Assembly (NCBI GenBank): GCA_043803945.1
Contig: JAZDJN010000054.1
Span: 32,001 to 96,000 of the forward strand
Length of the DNA stretch: 64,000 nt
Direction of reading: 5' to 3'
Origin: a bacterium
GTDB lineage: Bacteria; Bacteroidota; Ignavibacteria; UBA10030
Positions within the stretch are counted from its first letter, which is position 1; the number at the start of each line of letters is the position of its first letter. This document shows positions 19,067 to 31,212 of the stretch, one piece after another. The notes under the pieces were generated by a model, which was not told the origin of the DNA, did not search any database, and saw only the letters and a program-made list of their open reading frames with translations. Position numbers and translations under genes: made by a program.

Positions 19067-21832
19067 TTACTTTGATTTTAATAATTGGCGAAGGACATAT
19101 TGAAGAATGCCGTCATTCTTATAGTAGTCCACCTCATTTGGCGTATCGATCCGGCACAGTACTGTAAAGCTCTTCACCGATCCATGTTGGTCGATGGCCT
19201 TCACATTCATTTTCTTATGCGGGTGAAGGTCCTGGGCGATTCCTTCGATTGAGTATGTCTCAAATCCTGTCAGCCCCAGGGATATGTAATTTTCTCCATC
19301 CATGAATTGGAGCGGGAGAACTCCCATGCCAACCAGATTACTTCGATGAATTCGTTCGAAACTTTCTGCGATGACTGCCTTCACACCAAGAAGCATGGGG
19401 CCTTTTGCGGCCCAATCACGTGATGATCCGGAACCATATTCTTTGCCTGCGATGATGATCGTTGGAATTCCTTCTGCTTTATACTTCATCGCTGCATCGA
19501 AAATTGAAAGGGGATCTTTCGACGATGGATGAATAGTCACTCCTCCCTCAGTGCCCGACAGCAGGAGATTCTTCAATCTCACATTGGCAAAGGTTCCGCG
19601 CATCATGATTTCATGATTGCCGCGGCGTGCACCATACTGGTTGAAATCTTTTTTCTGAATACCCCGATCCGTTAAATAGCCTGCAGCCGGGCTGCTTGCC
19701 GCGATTGATCCGGCAGGTGAGATATGATCTGTTGTGACTGAATCGCCAAGCAATACCAGAGCGCGGGCAGCGCTGATATCAGTTTTTGCGGCCGGCTCTT
19801 TTTTGAGGTCGGTGAAATAGGGTGCGGCTTTGATATAGGTGGATTCAGCATCCCACGTATAGCGCTCTCCCGATGGCGTATCCAATGCGTTCCATCGCTC
19901 ATCTCCACCAAAGACATCAGAGTATTGCTCCTTAAACATGCTCGAAAGCACGTTATCCCTGACGGTTTGCTGTATCTCTTCCGGAGTTGGCCATATATCT
20001 TTTAGATAGATCGGTTGGCCATAGCTTCCTGTACCTAGTGGTTCGGTAGTCAGGTCGATGTCCATTGTGCCAGCCAATGCATACGCAACGACGAGAGGGG
20101 GAGAGGCGAGGTAGTTTGCTCGTACCTGGGAGTGAACCCGGCCTTCGAAGTTACGATTGCCGGAGAGTACGGAAGCGACAACGAGATCATTCTCCTGAAT
20201 AGACTTCGAAATTGCATCGGGAAGAGGTCCGCTGTTTCCTATGCAGGTCGTGCAGCCATAGCCAACTAAATGAAAACCAAGCGCGCCCAACGGTTCATAC
20301 AAACCGGCATGCCTGAGATACTCGGTGACGACTTTCGAACCGGGGGCGAGACTTGTCTTCACCCAGGGTTTTGTCCTAAGTCCCTTTGCAATTGCTTTTT
20401 GTGCGAGCAACCCTGCAGCAATAAGGACGGAAGGATTTGAAGTATTTGTACAACTTGTAATCGCGGCAATCACCACATGCCCGCTATTCATTTCTAAAGG
20501 TGATCCATCTTTCACGGTTGAGATCGGTTTCAATTTCAATTCAAATGCCGCTGGTACAGATGCCGAGGATTGCTCTGTCCACTGCTTCAGATCTTCTTCA
20601 TTTGCCTTTGTTCCTTTTGAAGAGAGATAATCGGCAAACGCTTTTCGATAAGAGGTTCTTGCCTGATTCAGGACAACTCGATCCTGCGGGCGCTTTGGAC
20701 CGGCAAGGCTTGCCTCGACTGTTGAGAGATCGAGTTCGAGCGTATCGCTGAACTCCGGTGTTGGTGTCCCCTGGGAGACGAATAGATTTTGGGCTTTGTA
20801 ATACGATTCAACAAGCTGGACGAGTTCAGGATCTCTCCCGGTGAAGTGAAGGAAATTCAATGTCTCATGATCAACCGGAAAGAATCCCATAGTTGCTCCA
20901 TACTCAGGAGCCATATTAGCGAGCGTTGCACGATCGGCAAGGCTTAATGCAGAGATACCGGGGCCGTAGAATTCGACAAACTTTCCGACGACCCGTTTCT
21001 TGCGAAGCATTTGTGTCGCCGTTAGCACAAGATCGGTCGCTGTGGTGCCTGGCTTCAGCGCGCCAAATATTTTAAATCCCACCACCTGTGGTATGAGCAT
21101 TGAAATTGGCTGACCAAGCATTACGGCCTCCGCTTCTATACCTCCAACACCCCACCCGAGCACTCCCAATCCGTTAATCATTGTGGTGTGAGAATCAGTG
21201 CCAACTAACGTGTCGGGGTATGCGACCGTTTGGCCATCAGTCATATCGGTAAAGACGACACGCGCCAGGTATTCCAGATTCACCTGATGGACGATTCCTG
21301 TTTCGGGAGGAACAACGCGAAAATTTTTGAAGGCCTGCTGCCCCCAGCGGAGAAAAGCATAACGTTCTTTGTTTCGCCCATACTCGAGGGCTGCATTCAT
21401 AGAAAATGCCTGGAGTGTACCGTATTCATCAACCTGTACCGAATGATCGATAACAAGATCGACTGGTTGAACAGGATTAATGAGATTTGGATCGCCTCCC
21501 ATGGCAACCATGGCATCGCGCATAACAGCAAGATCCACAACACAAGGGACACCTGTGAAATCCTGGAGGAGGACACGTGCAGGCATAAAGGCAATTTCCT
21601 TATCGGGTTCTGCCTTAGCGTTCCAGTGAATCAGTGCCTCAATATCTTTTTTGGTCACGACTCGCCCATCCTCGTACCGGAGGAGGTTTTCTAAGAGGAT
21701 TCTCAGCGAAATGGGGAGTTTTGAGATCGTTCCTGGATACTGCTTTTCCAAGGCCTGCAAGGAAAAATAGGTATACGATTGAGTGTCCATGGTGAAACTG
21801 GATTTCGTTTGAAAGCTGTCGAGACTCTTCAT
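19067..21832 (-). CDS. acnA: Aconitate hydratase A
   Basis: [60 protein letters not shown]. Confidence 0.97.
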   Translation of the reverse strand: MKSLDSFQTKSSFTMDTQSYTYFSLQALEKQYPGTISKLPISLRILLENLLRYEDGRVVTKKDIEALIHWNAKAEPDKEIAFMPARVLLQDFTGVPCVVDLAVMRDAMVAMGGDPNLINPVQPVDLVIDHSVQVDEYGTLQAFSMNAALEYGRNKERYAFLRWGQQAFKNFRVVPPETGIVHQVNLEYLARVVFTDMTDGQTVAYPDTLVGTDSHTTMINGLGVLGWGVGGIEAEAVMLGQPISMLIPQVVGFKIFGALKPGTTATDLVLTATQMLRKKRVVGKFVEFYGPGISALSLADRATLANMAPEYGATMGFFPVDHETLNFLHFTGRDPELVQLVESYYKAQNLFVSQGTPTPEFSDTLELDLSTVEASLAGPKRPQDRVVLNQARTSYRKAFADYLSSKGTKANEEDLKQWTEQSSASVPAAFELKLKPISTVKDGSPLEMNSGHVVIAAITSCTNTSNPSVLIAAGLLAQKAIAKGLRTKPWVKTSLAPGSKVVTEYLRHAGLYEPLGALGFHLVGYGCTTCIGNSGPLPDAISKSIQENDLVVASVLSGNRNFEGRVHSQVRANYLASPPLVVAYALAGTMDIDLTTEPLGTGSYGQPIYLKDIWPTPEEIQQTVRDNVLSSMFKEQYSDVFGGDERWNALDTPSGERYTWDAESTYIKAAPYFTDLKKEPAAKTDISAARALVLLGDSVTTDHISPAGSIAASSPAAGYLTDRGIQKKDFNQYGARRGNHEIMMRGTFANVRLKNLLLSGTEGGVTIHPSSKDPLSIFDAAMKYKAEGIPTIIIAGKEYGSGSSRDWAAKGPMLLGVKAVIAESFERIHRSNLVGMGVLPLQFMDGENYISLGLTGFETYSIEGIAQDLHPHKKMNVKAIDQHGSVKSFTVLCRIDTPNEVDYYKNDGILQYVLRQLLKSK

Positions 21833-22013
21833 TGATCCTCCTTACAATTCCAAGATGGTTATTTGTGCAAGACCAATATATATAAAAAAATCTTCATTTT
21901 TTCATTTCTGATAATGAAGAGATTTACGATATTCTGGTGCGGGAGGAGGCCGCCCCAAATTGCATTTAACGTTCCAGAGAGTGTTCTCGGAACGAGTGAA
22001 AGAGAAATAGTAA

Positions 22014-22358
22014 CTGACGTTACGCCGGAAGAAAAATTTGTATGATTGAAGTGAATGATCCTGTTTTTGACCTCCTCTTTTTGAGGCCGTCCAAAAAGAA
22101 AAAAATTGTCTCACCCGAGTGCTTGTATCGGGTGTCCAGTGCCTTTATTTTTCAAATATCTGGATTCCCTGCCTGCCGAAGTGGCTTCGCCAGGCAGGCA
22201 GGCCGCTAAAAGTCCCGTTGTACGGGATGCCGTAAAGCGGCACATGCGGGAATGACAGTGTCCTTTTTTAGTTTTTAGACAACCCCATATCGGGTGGTTT
22301 GGGGTTTGCTAATGAGAGCCCAGATCGATAGATCTTTTTCCTTTTCTGCGTAAGGTGA
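22014..22358. mobile_element. Nested non-autonomous element, copy 3 (inverted; inner MITE 22083..22286)
   Basis: Arms are the reverse complement of those at 526..792; inner MITE closely matches 55207..55345 with extra hairpins inserted. Confidence 0.75.
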
Positions 22359-22465
22359 ATAATAATATTACTCTTGGCTCACTTGGCGGCCACATCTACT
22401 TTCAAAGAGTCTCTTTTTTATTTTTACGTAGCATGTGTTAATCATTCAATGAAGGAAGGATCAAT

Positions 22466-24016
22466 ATGTCTACCGAGAAGAAAATTCTTCAACTAAGGGA
22501 AATTCGTGATTCTGTGAAACAGGCAGGGGGCGAGAAACGGATCAAAGCGCAGCATGACAAAGGAAAGCTCACTGCACGAGAAAGGATTGAAAAGCTTCTC
22601 GATTCAGGATCGTTTGAAGAGATCGATCAATTTGTCAAACATCAGTGTACTGATTTTGGCATGGAGAAGCTGCGACCCCTGACGGATGGAGTGATTACAG
22701 GATATGGGGCAATCAATGGAAGGACAGTCTTTGTCTTCGCGCAGGATTTTACCATTTTTGGAGGTTCACTTTCCAAAGCTCATGCCGAGAAGATCATCAC
22801 ACTCATGGATATGGCAGCAAGAGTGGGAGCACCTCTCATCGGCATTAATGATTCGGGGGGAGCGAGAATCCAGGAGGGAGTAGTTTCTTTGGCGGGATAT
22901 GCCGATCTCTTTCTGAAGAATGTCCTTTACTCGGGAGTCATACCACAGATTTCACTGATTATGGGACCGTGTGCCGGGGGAGCAGTCTATTCACCGGCGA
23001 TCACCGATTTCGTTTTTATGACAGAAAAGATCTCATACATGTTTCTGACCGGACCAAAAGTCATTAAGCAGGCAACCCGGGAGGAAGTCACTGCGGAAGA
23101 CCTCGGGGGGTCGGCAGTGCATGCAACGAAGAGTGGAATAGCGCATTTTGTCTATCCGAATGAAGAAGAGACATTTCAGGGAGTGCGAAAACTTCTCTCG
23201 TACTTCCCTCAGAACAATAATGAACTTCCGCCTCACACTCCCTATATCGATAGTGCCGATAAGCAGAGTGACCGGTTGAATACTATGATTCCGGATAGCC
23301 AGAGCAAACCGTATGATATGAAAGAGGTCATCAAAGAAATCGTAGATGAGAACGATTTTTTCGAGGTGCTTCCAAAGTATGCGGGCAACATTGTTGTGGG
23401 ATTTGCGCGTCTGAATGGAAAACCGATTGGCATCGTGGCTAATCAACCGAAAGTTCTCGCCGGTGTTTTGGACAACAATGCGTCGATGAAAGCGGCGCGG
23501 TTTATTCGTTTCTGCGATGCATTTAATATTCCGCTCCTTGTACTCGAAGATGTCCCAGGCTTCATGCCAGGCACGATGCAGGAATACAACGGCATCATTA
23601 AGAATGGAGCGAAATTGCTGTATGCATTTGCCGAAGCAACTGTCCCGAAGATTACCATCATCATCCGCAAAGCGTATGGCGGCGCATATTGTGTCATGAA
23701 CTCGAAACATATCCGCGGCGATATTGTCTACGCCTGGCCGACAGCGGAAATTGCCGTGATGGGTCCGGATGGAGCAGTGGAAATTGTATACAGCGAGGAG
23801 CTTAAGCAGGCGACCGATCCGGGAAAACGAAAAGAGGAGTTGAAAGAATTATACGCCGATAAATTCGCCAATCCGTACACGGCTGCTGAACGAGGGTATG
23901 TCGATGATGTGATCGAACCAGCGGAGACCCGCACAAAATTAATCAAGGCATTCCAGACACTTTCAACCAAGAAGGACACCAATCCGAAGAAAAAACATGG
24001 GAACATTCCACTCTAA
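22466..24016 (+). CDS. pccB: Acyl-CoA carboxylase carboxyltransferase (propionyl-CoA carboxylase beta / methylmalonyl-CoA decarboxylase alpha)
   Basis: GKLTARERI, DSGGARIQEG, GPCAGGAVYSPA, RKAYGGAY, KKHGNIPL. Confidence 0.9.
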   Translation: MSTEKKILQLREIRDSVKQAGGEKRIKAQHDKGKLTARERIEKLLDSGSFEEIDQFVKHQCTDFGMEKLRPLTDGVITGYGAINGRTVFVFAQDFTIFGGSLSKAHAEKIITLMDMAARVGAPLIGINDSGGARIQEGVVSLAGYADLFLKNVLYSGVIPQISLIMGPCAGGAVYSPAITDFVFMTEKISYMFLTGPKVIKQATREEVTAEDLGGSAVHATKSGIAHFVYPNEEETFQGVRKLLSYFPQNNNELPPHTPYIDSADKQSDRLNTMIPDSQSKPYDMKEVIKEIVDENDFFEVLPKYAGNIVVGFARLNGKPIGIVANQPKVLAGVLDNNASMKAARFIRFCDAFNIPLLVLEDVPGFMPGTMQEYNGIIKNGAKLLYAFAEATVPKITIIIRKAYGGAYCVMNSKHIRGDIVYAWPTAEIAVMGPDGAVEIVYSEELKQATDPGKRKEELKELYADKFANPYTAAERGYVDDVIEPAETRTKLIKAFQTLSTKKDTNPKKKHGNIPL

Positions 24017-24322
24017 CAACGATCAACCATCATATTGATCCCCCCGTTCGATTGAATCTGATTGCAGCCTTTCGGGTGGAAAGAAAAGATCCGCTTTTCA
24101 TTTATAGAAGAACGTCGTTTCCTGATACTATCGAATACTCTGATAGTGGTACATTGCATTATTATTTCTACCCAAAACAACGTCAGCGATCATGTGTGTC
24201 AAACTCAAGAATTGAATTCGCTCTCTCTTCATTGAGAATACTGGTGAGATTCTTTTTTGATTTATCATTATACTACATAGGTAATTATCAAACGTACTGT
24301 TCTTTATCATATGAGGTTTTTC

Positions 24323-26002
24323 ATGAGTGACGAAGGAAACAATAGCAGTCCTATCCAATCATCATTTTCTCATTGGCAATCTCAAACATATCTCAAAACA
24401 CTAGAGAAGAATCCGGAACGAGAAGAAAAATTTACTACGATATCATCCCAACCTGTTAAGCCATTATACACCCCGCTTGATGTGAGCGACGAGTATGATG
24501 ACTCTCTCGGATATCCCGGTCAATATCCATTTACACGCGGGATCCAGCCGACGATGTACCGCGGCAGGTTCTGGACAATGCGTCAATATGCCGGCTTTGG
24601 AACGGCAAAAGAGTCCAACGAACGATACCGCTACCTCCTTTCGCAAGGTCAAACCGGACTTTCCGTTGCATTCGATTTACCCACCCAGATTGGTTACGAT
24701 AGCGATGCTCCGATTGCTATGGGAGAGGTGGGTAAAGTTGGTGTAGCAATAGACACGCTGGCCGATATGGAGATTCTCTTCGATCAGATACCGCTCGATA
24801 AAGTTTCCACATCGATGACTATTAATGCTCCTGCAGCAGTTCTACTCGCAATGTATATTGCCGTTGCCGAAAAGCAGGGGGTCGGTAAGGAGAACATCAG
24901 CGGGACGACCCAGAATGATATTCTCAAAGAGTATATGGCACGAGGGACGTACATCTTTCCACCAAAACCATCGATGCGGTTAATGACAAATATTTTTCAG
25001 TACTGTACGAACGAAGTACCGAAATGGAACACGATATCGATTTCAGGCTATCACATTCGTGAGGCAGGCTGTACCGCAGCGCAAGAGGTTGGCTTTACCC
25101 TCGCCGATGGCATCGCCTATGTGAAGGCAGCGATTGAGGCAGGCCTCGATGTGGATGAATTTGCCGGACAACTCTCATTTTTCTTCAATGCTCATAATGA
25201 GCTGCTGGAAGAGGTTGCGAAGTTTCGAGCAGCCAGAAGACTTTGGGCAAAGATTATGAGAGACCGTTTCGCCGCGAAGAAACCAAAATCGATGATGCTG
25301 CGCTTCCATGCTCAGACAGCAGGATCGATGCTCACTGCACAGCAGGTCGATAATAACATTGTACGGGTGACAATCCAGACTCTGGCAGCAGTTCTGGGTG
25401 GAACTCAGAGCCTCCACACCAACTCACGCGATGAAGCGCTCGCCCTGCCAACGGAAGAGTCGGTTCGCGTGGCATTGCGAACGCAGCAAATTGTTGCTCA
25501 CGAAAGCGGCGTTGCCAATACCGTCGATCCGCTTGCCGGATCGTATTACGTTGAAGCGTTGACAGATCGAATTGAACGTGATGCTGCCTCCTATATCGAG
25601 AAGGTCGATGGTATGGGGGGAATGATTGATGCGATCGAGAAGGGGTATCCGCAGAGCGAAATTCAAAAAGCCTCATATGAATATACGAAAGAAGTTGAAT
25701 CGGGAAAGCGCATTGTTGTCGGAGTGAATAAGTATCATGTTGAGGAGCAGGAGCCGACAGGATTACTTAAAATTGATCCGGCAGTACAGGAAGGACAGGT
25801 ACAGTTCCTGAACAAGATTCGCTCTGAACGGGACGCAGCGCAGGTGCGGATGAAACTTGAGAAGCTCCGGGAAGCAGCAGTCGGAGATTCTAATCTTATG
25901 CCTTGCATTTTCGAAGCGGTAAAAGTGTATGCCAGCGTTGGAGAAATTTGCAACACCCTCCGCGGCGTGTTTGGTGAATACAAGGAACACGTGGTTCTAT
26001 AA
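24323..26002 (+). CDS. Methylmalonyl-CoA mutase substrate-binding (large) subunit, without a B12 domain
   Basis: [54 protein letters not shown]. Confidence 0.92.
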   Translation: MSDEGNNSSPIQSSFSHWQSQTYLKTLEKNPEREEKFTTISSQPVKPLYTPLDVSDEYDDSLGYPGQYPFTRGIQPTMYRGRFWTMRQYAGFGTAKESNERYRYLLSQGQTGLSVAFDLPTQIGYDSDAPIAMGEVGKVGVAIDTLADMEILFDQIPLDKVSTSMTINAPAAVLLAMYIAVAEKQGVGKENISGTTQNDILKEYMARGTYIFPPKPSMRLMTNIFQYCTNEVPKWNTISISGYHIREAGCTAAQEVGFTLADGIAYVKAAIEAGLDVDEFAGQLSFFFNAHNELLEEVAKFRAARRLWAKIMRDRFAAKKPKSMMLRFHAQTAGSMLTAQQVDNNIVRVTIQTLAAVLGGTQSLHTNSRDEALALPTEESVRVALRTQQIVAHESGVANTVDPLAGSYYVEALTDRIERDAASYIEKVDGMGGMIDAIEKGYPQSEIQKASYEYTKEVESGKRIVVGVNKYHVEEQEPTGLLKIDPAVQEGQVQFLNKIRSERDAAQVRMKLEKLREAAVGDSNLMPCIFEAVKVYASVGEICNTLRGVFGEYKEHVVL

Positions 26003-26085
26003 CTTTTTGTGAAAGTGGCAACGCCTTAGTATTTGTGGCGCATTAGCTGCCATTGCTTTTTCCGCTGAAATGGAGATCAATGATA

Positions 26086-27453
26086 ATGAAAATACTCTTG
26101 ATTCAACCACCAAAATCACCCCGGACAATCGGTGGAGAAGACGTATTCATCTACGAACCCCTGGCACTGGAGTATGTTGCCTCGGGTGTGACGAATGATC
26201 ATGACGTCAAAATACTCGATATGCGCTTGGAGAGCGACCTTGAATCAGCCCTCACTGGATTTGATCCGGACATTGTCGGCATAACCGCCTATACTGTTCA
26301 TGTCAATGTAGCCAAGGGACTTTTTGAGCAAGTCAAAGCTTGGAATCCAAAGGCGCTAACAGTTGTGGGCGGACACCATGCAACAGTAATGCCTCGCGAT
26401 TTCCTCATGCCGTGCATCGACCTCGTCGTGATAGGAGAGGGTGTTTTTTCCTTCAAGGAAATTGTACGGAGGTTTGAAAAAGGAGAATCCTTTGAAGGCA
26501 TTCCAGGAACGCTGTATGCGAAAGGTAATAATCCGAGCAGAACGGAGTGTGAAACAGGGATTGATCTTGACTCAGTTCCTTTCCCTGAGAGGACATTAAC
26601 CGCTAAATACCGTAGCCGATACTACTCGGAATGGATGAAGCCGCTGGCTTCCCTTCGTACATCCAAAGGATGCCCATACCATTGCAGCTTCTGCGCTCAA
26701 TGGAAGATTGCTGGAGGGCGCTATTATAAGCGAGAGTCACAACGAGTGGTAGAGGAACTTGCAGGAATTCAGGAGGAATGCGTTTTCTTTGCTGACGATG
26801 AGTCCCTCATCGATGCCCCACGAATGGCTCTACTCGCCAACTTAATCAAGGAAGCAGGCATACGAAAACGGTATTTCCTTTATGGAAGGAGTGACACAAT
26901 AGCTCGACATCCTGAGCTGTTGAAGTTGTGGCGAGGCATCGGGCTGGAGCGTGTTTTCGTAGGATTGGAGTTTTTTCGAAATGAAGACCTGGACTATATC
27001 TGCAAGAGCTCAACATCAGAGGACAATGAGAATGCCGTTCGAATCCTGCAGGATCTCGGTATAGACATCTATGCCTCCTTCATTGTTCGACCGAGTTTTA
27101 CCAAGCAGGACTTTGCCCTCTTGCGGCAGTACTGCCGACGATTGACACTGAACTACGCATCCTTTGCAGTCCTGACACCACTACCCGGAACTGATCTCTA
27201 TCGAGATGTCAAGAATCAACTTCTCACGCACAACTATGACTATTTTGATTTCATTCACACGCTGCTACCGACTGCGCTCCCACTGAAGGAGTTCTATGCG
27301 GAATATCGTCGTCTTTATATGAAGGCGATTCCCATAACCAGGCAACTTAGTTTCCTGAAAAAGTTCTCTCTGCGGGAGATTCCCGGGGCGATAGTCAAAG
27401 GGACACGATTCTACGAACGATTAAAAACCACCCACTTGGATTATTTTCAATGA
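26086..27453 (+). CDS. B12-binding radical SAM protein (class B methyltransferase-like, HpnR-like)
   Basis: EPLALEY, VVGGHHAT, GEG, SKGCPYHCSFC, TPLPGT. Confidence 0.85.
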   Translation: MKILLIQPPKSPRTIGGEDVFIYEPLALEYVASGVTNDHDVKILDMRLESDLESALTGFDPDIVGITAYTVHVNVAKGLFEQVKAWNPKALTVVGGHHATVMPRDFLMPCIDLVVIGEGVFSFKEIVRRFEKGESFEGIPGTLYAKGNNPSRTECETGIDLDSVPFPERTLTAKYRSRYYSEWMKPLASLRTSKGCPYHCSFCAQWKIAGGRYYKRESQRVVEELAGIQEECVFFADDESLIDAPRMALLANLIKEAGIRKRYFLYGRSDTIARHPELLKLWRGIGLERVFVGLEFFRNEDLDYICKSSTSEDNENAVRILQDLGIDIYASFIVRPSFTKQDFALLRQYCRRLTLNYASFAVLTPLPGTDLYRDVKNQLLTHNYDYFDFIHTLLPTALPLKEFYAEYRRLYMKAIPITRQLSFLKKFSLREIPGAIVKGTRFYERLKTTHLDYFQ

Positions 27454-27554
27454 GCAATTGATCGTTCGTCGCTCGGCATGCCACTGCCCCGCCAGAAAGC
27501 GACGGGGTAAACGTGGTGAGGCGAAACGATAGAAGAGAACAAGGAATCCAGACT

Positions 27555-27965
27555 ATGAAAGCGACACATATCGAACATATTGGAATTGCCGTGCGGAATT
27601 TGAAGGAGGCTATTGAATTCTACGAAAGCTCCTTTGGTCTGCATTGCTATCAAATTGAAGAAGTCAAAGATCAAAAAGTAAAGATAGCGTTCTTTCGACT
27701 TGGACACATCAAGATCGAATTGCTTGAATCGACTGATCCGGAGGGTCCAATCGGCAAGTTTATTGAGAAGAAGGGTGAAGGAGTTCACCACATCGCCTTT
27801 GCCGTCGAGAATCTGGGAGATGCATTACAGCACTTGAGCCGCGAAGGAGTGCAGCTCATCGATAATCAGCCGCGGAAGGGAGCTGAAGAATTGATCATCG
27901 CTTTTCTCCATCCGAAGTCGACGCATGGTGTGTTAATTGAACTCTGTGAACAACCGAAGAAGTGA
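27555..27965 (+). CDS. mce: Methylmalonyl-CoA epimerase
   Basis: IEHIGIAV..KIELLE..GEGVHHIAF..AFLHPKST.GVLIEL. Confidence 0.92.
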   Translation: MKATHIEHIGIAVRNLKEAIEFYESSFGLHCYQIEEVKDQKVKIAFFRLGHIKIELLESTDPEGPIGKFIEKKGEGVHHIAFAVENLGDALQHLSREGVQLIDNQPRKGAEELIIAFLHPKSTHGVLIELCEQPKK

Positions 27966-28035
27966 GCTCAAACAAAACTATGCTTATGGAACGTCTTGCA
28001 GGATTGGGAAAAATCATTTTGCCAGAGCAATATGC

Positions 28036-28063
28036 TTGACATTGGGAAAAAAATATATATCTT
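28036..28063 (+). promoter_or_regulatory. Sigma70-like promoter of the trp operon
   Basis: TTGACA then TATCTT (16-bp spacer) just upstream of the leader ATG. Confidence 0.55.
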
Positions 28064-28072
28064 GAAGAAGCA

Positions 28073-28156
28073 ATGAAACAGAATATCTCACAATATCGAA
28101 ATCAACATCAGGCTTGGTGGTGGCGCTGGCGTAATACCGCGTTTCTACCGACATAA
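28073..28156 (+). CDS. trpL: trp leader peptide MKQNISQYRNQHQAWWWRWRNTAFLPT
   Basis: Four Trp codons in five positions, upstream of a terminator and the trp genes. Confidence 0.9.
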   Translation: MKQNISQYRNQHQAWWWRWRNTAFLPT

Positions 28157-28224
28157 CACATTAGAATTCTTTTATTCAATAAAGGTGGACTCGCGGAGAT
28201 AGCGGTTCCACCTTTTTCTTTTTC
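28135..28224 (+). terminator. Attenuator terminator/antiterminator
   Basis: AAAGGTGGA..TCCACCTTT plus U-tract at 28181-28223; CCGCG..TCTACC in the leader can pair alternatively with GGTGGA..CGCGG. Confidence 0.8.
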
Positions 28225-28303
28225 TCCCCCTGAAGATTGTGGAATCCTCCTCCAGCGATCTCTTCCACCACATCAGTCACAACTAACTCCAATGGAGGAC
28301 TTT

Positions 28304-29617
28304 ATGCAGCGCAAAATCACTCTCGAAGAACACGAAATCCCAACTGCGTACTACAACATTTTACCGGATTTGCCCACGCCGCTCGATCCGCCGTTACACC
28401 CGGGGACGAAGCAGCCAATCGGCCCGCAGGACCTTGCACCGATTTTCCCGATGGGCCTCATTATGCAGGAGGTGAGCAGCGAGCGGTTTATTGAAATACC
28501 CGATCAGGTTCGGGAGGCGTATGCGATGTTCCGTCCAACCCCGATGATTCGTGCCACGCAGCTTGAGAAAGCACTCGACACACCTGCGAAAATATTTTAC
28601 AAGTACGAAGGTGTAAGTCCGGCAGGGAGCCACAAACTGAATACTGCGCTTGCCCAGGCCTACTACAATAAACAGGAGGGAGTCAAGCGCCTCGCTACGG
28701 AAACCGGAGCGGGACAATGGGGAAGTTCATTAAGCTTTGCATGTAATTTCTTTGGATTAGAGTGTAAAGTATACATGGTGAGGGTAAGCTATGAACAAAA
28801 ACCTTATCGACGTTCCATGATTCGAACATGGGGGAGTGAGGTGGTCGCAAGTCCAAGCACCGATACCCAAGCAGGGCGGACAATCCTGGAAAAAGATCCT
28901 CATTCACGGGGCAGCCTGGGCATTGCCATTAGTGAGGCAGTTGAAGATGCTGCGATGCGTGAAGATACAAAATACTCTCTCGGTAGTGTGTTGAATCACG
29001 TTCTGTTGCACCAGACAATCATCGGACTCGAATCAAAGAAGCAAATGGAAAAAGCAGGTGAATATCCTGATGTCGTTATTGGTTGTGTGGGCGGCGGCTC
29101 AAACTTTGGCGGTATCGTTCTTCCTTTTATCAAAGATCGTATTGATGGAAAAACGCTGAGGGCAATCGCTGTTGAGCCCACTTCTTGCCCGACATTGACG
29201 AAAGGGGAATTCCGTTATGATTTTGGGGATGTAGCGAAAATGACACCGTTGCTGCCGATGTACACTCTGGGAAATGAATTCATGCCGCCTTCAATTCACG
29301 CCGGTGGATTGCGCTATCATGGCATGTCGCCAATCATCAGCAGATTGTATAAGGATAAGCTCATTGAAGCGCAGGCGTATGAACAGCAGGAAGTCTTTGA
29401 AGCCGCAGTTCTGTTTGCAAAGACAGAAGGGATCATCCCGGCACCGGAATCAGCTCATGCCATTAAATCTGCAATCGAAGAAGCGAAACGTTCAAAGCTA
29501 GAGGGTACCTCGAAAGCTATTCTCTTCAACCTCAGCGGTCACGGCCATTTCGATATGAGCGCGTACGATGCGTATCTCGATGGAAAGCTGAATGGGAACG
29601 GAGCATCAAAAGGATGA
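28304..29617 (+). CDS. trpB2: TrpB2-type tryptophan synthase beta
   Basis: [49 protein letters not shown]. Confidence 0.92.
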   Translation: MQRKITLEEHEIPTAYYNILPDLPTPLDPPLHPGTKQPIGPQDLAPIFPMGLIMQEVSSERFIEIPDQVREAYAMFRPTPMIRATQLEKALDTPAKIFYKYEGVSPAGSHKLNTALAQAYYNKQEGVKRLATETGAGQWGSSLSFACNFFGLECKVYMVRVSYEQKPYRRSMIRTWGSEVVASPSTDTQAGRTILEKDPHSRGSLGIAISEAVEDAAMREDTKYSLGSVLNHVLLHQTIIGLESKKQMEKAGEYPDVVIGCVGGGSNFGGIVLPFIKDRIDGKTLRAIAVEPTSCPTLTKGEFRYDFGDVAKMTPLLPMYTLGNEFMPPSIHAGGLRYHGMSPIISRLYKDKLIEAQAYEQQEVFEAAVLFAKTEGIIPAPESAHAIKSAIEEAKRSKLEGTSKAILFNLSGHGHFDMSAYDAYLDGKLNGNGASKG

Positions 29618-29709
29618 CAGAGTACCCCACACATCCACTCTCGCGGAACCGAGCGAGAGTGGAGAGAAGAGATGTTTTGTTCATCGTGTTGATCTGATGA
29701 ACTGGAGAG

Positions 29710-31212
29710 ATGATGATCAGTCTTGATGAGTTTCTCGCGATCTCGCGAACATACAATGTTGTGCCGCTGGTAAAACGTATTTTGGCTGATATGCATACTC
29801 CCGTCTCTGCCTACCTTGCGATGAAGGAGGGCAGAGAATGTTCTTTCCTCCTGGAAAGTGCCGAAACGAACGAAACCTTTGGCCGGTATTCCTTTCTTGG
29901 CGTCGATCCGGTTTTACTGATACTTGTCAGAGAGGAGTCGATCGAGATTATCAAAGGCACGACTCGGGTGGAAAAGAAACAGCCGCTGCTGGATGAGCTG
30001 GCGGATCAGTGTGCCGCATTTCGCCAATACCCAATCCCCGGCGGAATCGGATTCAGCGGTGGTTTTCTGGGATATCTGGGATATGGATGTGTCCGTCAAT
30101 TTGAAACTGTCACGCTGAAGCAGAAGGTTCATCGCTCCGAGCCCGATGCCATGATTGGATTGTTTGAATCTGTTATCCAGTTCAACCATCGTGAGAACAT
30201 CATTCAGATTGTGCAAAATGTTATCATCGATCCGGAACAACCTCTGGATCGGCAATATGAGATAGGGCGGCAAAAATTAGAAACCATCGCATTGCGGCTT
30301 CTGAATAGTGCGATTGCGATAAACAATTTTTACAGCCCGGCAGCAGTTCCTAAGTACCTCGTGGAAAAGGCGATGTATTGTCAGTCTGTTGATGCTGCAA
30401 AGCGGTACATCAAGGAGGGTGATATTTTCCAGGTCGTTCTCTCCCGAAAAATCGAACTTCCTTATTCGGGCGATCCTTTTCCAGTCTATCGTGCTCTTCG
30501 TGTTATTAATCCATCGCCGTATCTTTTCTATCTCGATTTCGGAGAAGTGAAACTGATTGGCTCGTCTCCTGAGGTGTTAGTGAGAGTTCATGAAAAAACG
30601 ATAGAGCTGTTTCCCATCGCCGGCACACGAAGACGAGGGAAAACGGAGGAAGAAGATCGGCTGATTGAGGAGCATCTCCTGAACGACGAAAAGGAATTAG
30701 CCGAACATCATATGCTCATAGACCTCGGGAGAAACGATGTCGGCCGGGTGTCGGAGTTGGGGAGTGTTCATGTTCCAGTGAATAAGCGTATCGAGCGGTA
30801 TTCTCATGTCATGCATATCGTCTCAGAAGTACAGGGCACTCTCCAATCGGGTCACACAAGTCTGGATGTACTTCGTGCCTGTTTTCCGGCGGGGACGGTT
30901 ACCGGTGCCCCCAAGATCCGGGCAATCGAGATTATCGATGAGCTCGAATCATCGCCGCGAGGTCTCTATGCGGGGTCCGTCGGGTATATCGGTTTTAATG
31001 GCGATCTGGATATGTGCATTACGATCCGCACCATTATTGCATCGCGAGAGAAACTGTCAATTCAGGCAGGAGCAGGGATCGTTGCCGATTCTTTTCCGGA
31101 AAATGAATATAGAGAGACCGAGGCAAAAGCCCAGGCGCTGCTCGATGCGATCGCTCTGGCATCGCGGAAGTTTGAATTCATCACGCCTCTGGAGAAGGAG
31201 CGTGGAGCTTGA
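29710..31212 (+). CDS. trpE: Anthranilate synthase component I
   Basis: FLLESA, GDIFQVVLS, NPSPY, KELAEHHMLIDLGRND, GAPKIRA. Confidence 0.93.
   Translation: MMISLDEFLAISRTYNVVPLVKRILADMHTPVSAYLAMKEGRECSFLLESAETNETFGRYSFLGVDPVLLILVREESIEIIKGTTRVEKKQPLLDELADQCAAFRQYPIPGGIGFSGGFLGYLGYGCVRQFETVTLKQKVHRSEPDAMIGLFESVIQFNHRENIIQIVQNVIIDPEQPLDRQYEIGRQKLETIALRLLNSAIAINNFYSPAAVPKYLVEKAMYCQSVDAAKRYIKEGDIFQVVLSRKIELPYSGDPFPVYRALRVINPSPYLFYLDFGEVKLIGSSPEVLVRVHEKTIELFPIAGTRRRGKTEEEDRLIEEHLLNDEKELAEHHMLIDLGRNDVGRVSELGSVHVPVNKRIERYSHVMHIVSEVQGTLQSGHTSLDVLRACFPAGTVTGAPKIRAIEIIDELESSPRGLYAGSVGYIGFNGDLDMCITIRTIIASREKLSIQAGAGIVADSFPENEYRETEAKAQALLDAIALASRKFEFITPLEKERGA

Noticed and set aside
21930-22000. Possible ncRNA upstream of acnA
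   Set aside because: Only a short hairpin (CGTTCC..GGAACG); no family features recognisable.
24017-24322. Cobalamin riboswitch or small gene before the mutase
   Set aside because: No recognisable B12-box and no credible ORF; an Rfam scan would be needed.
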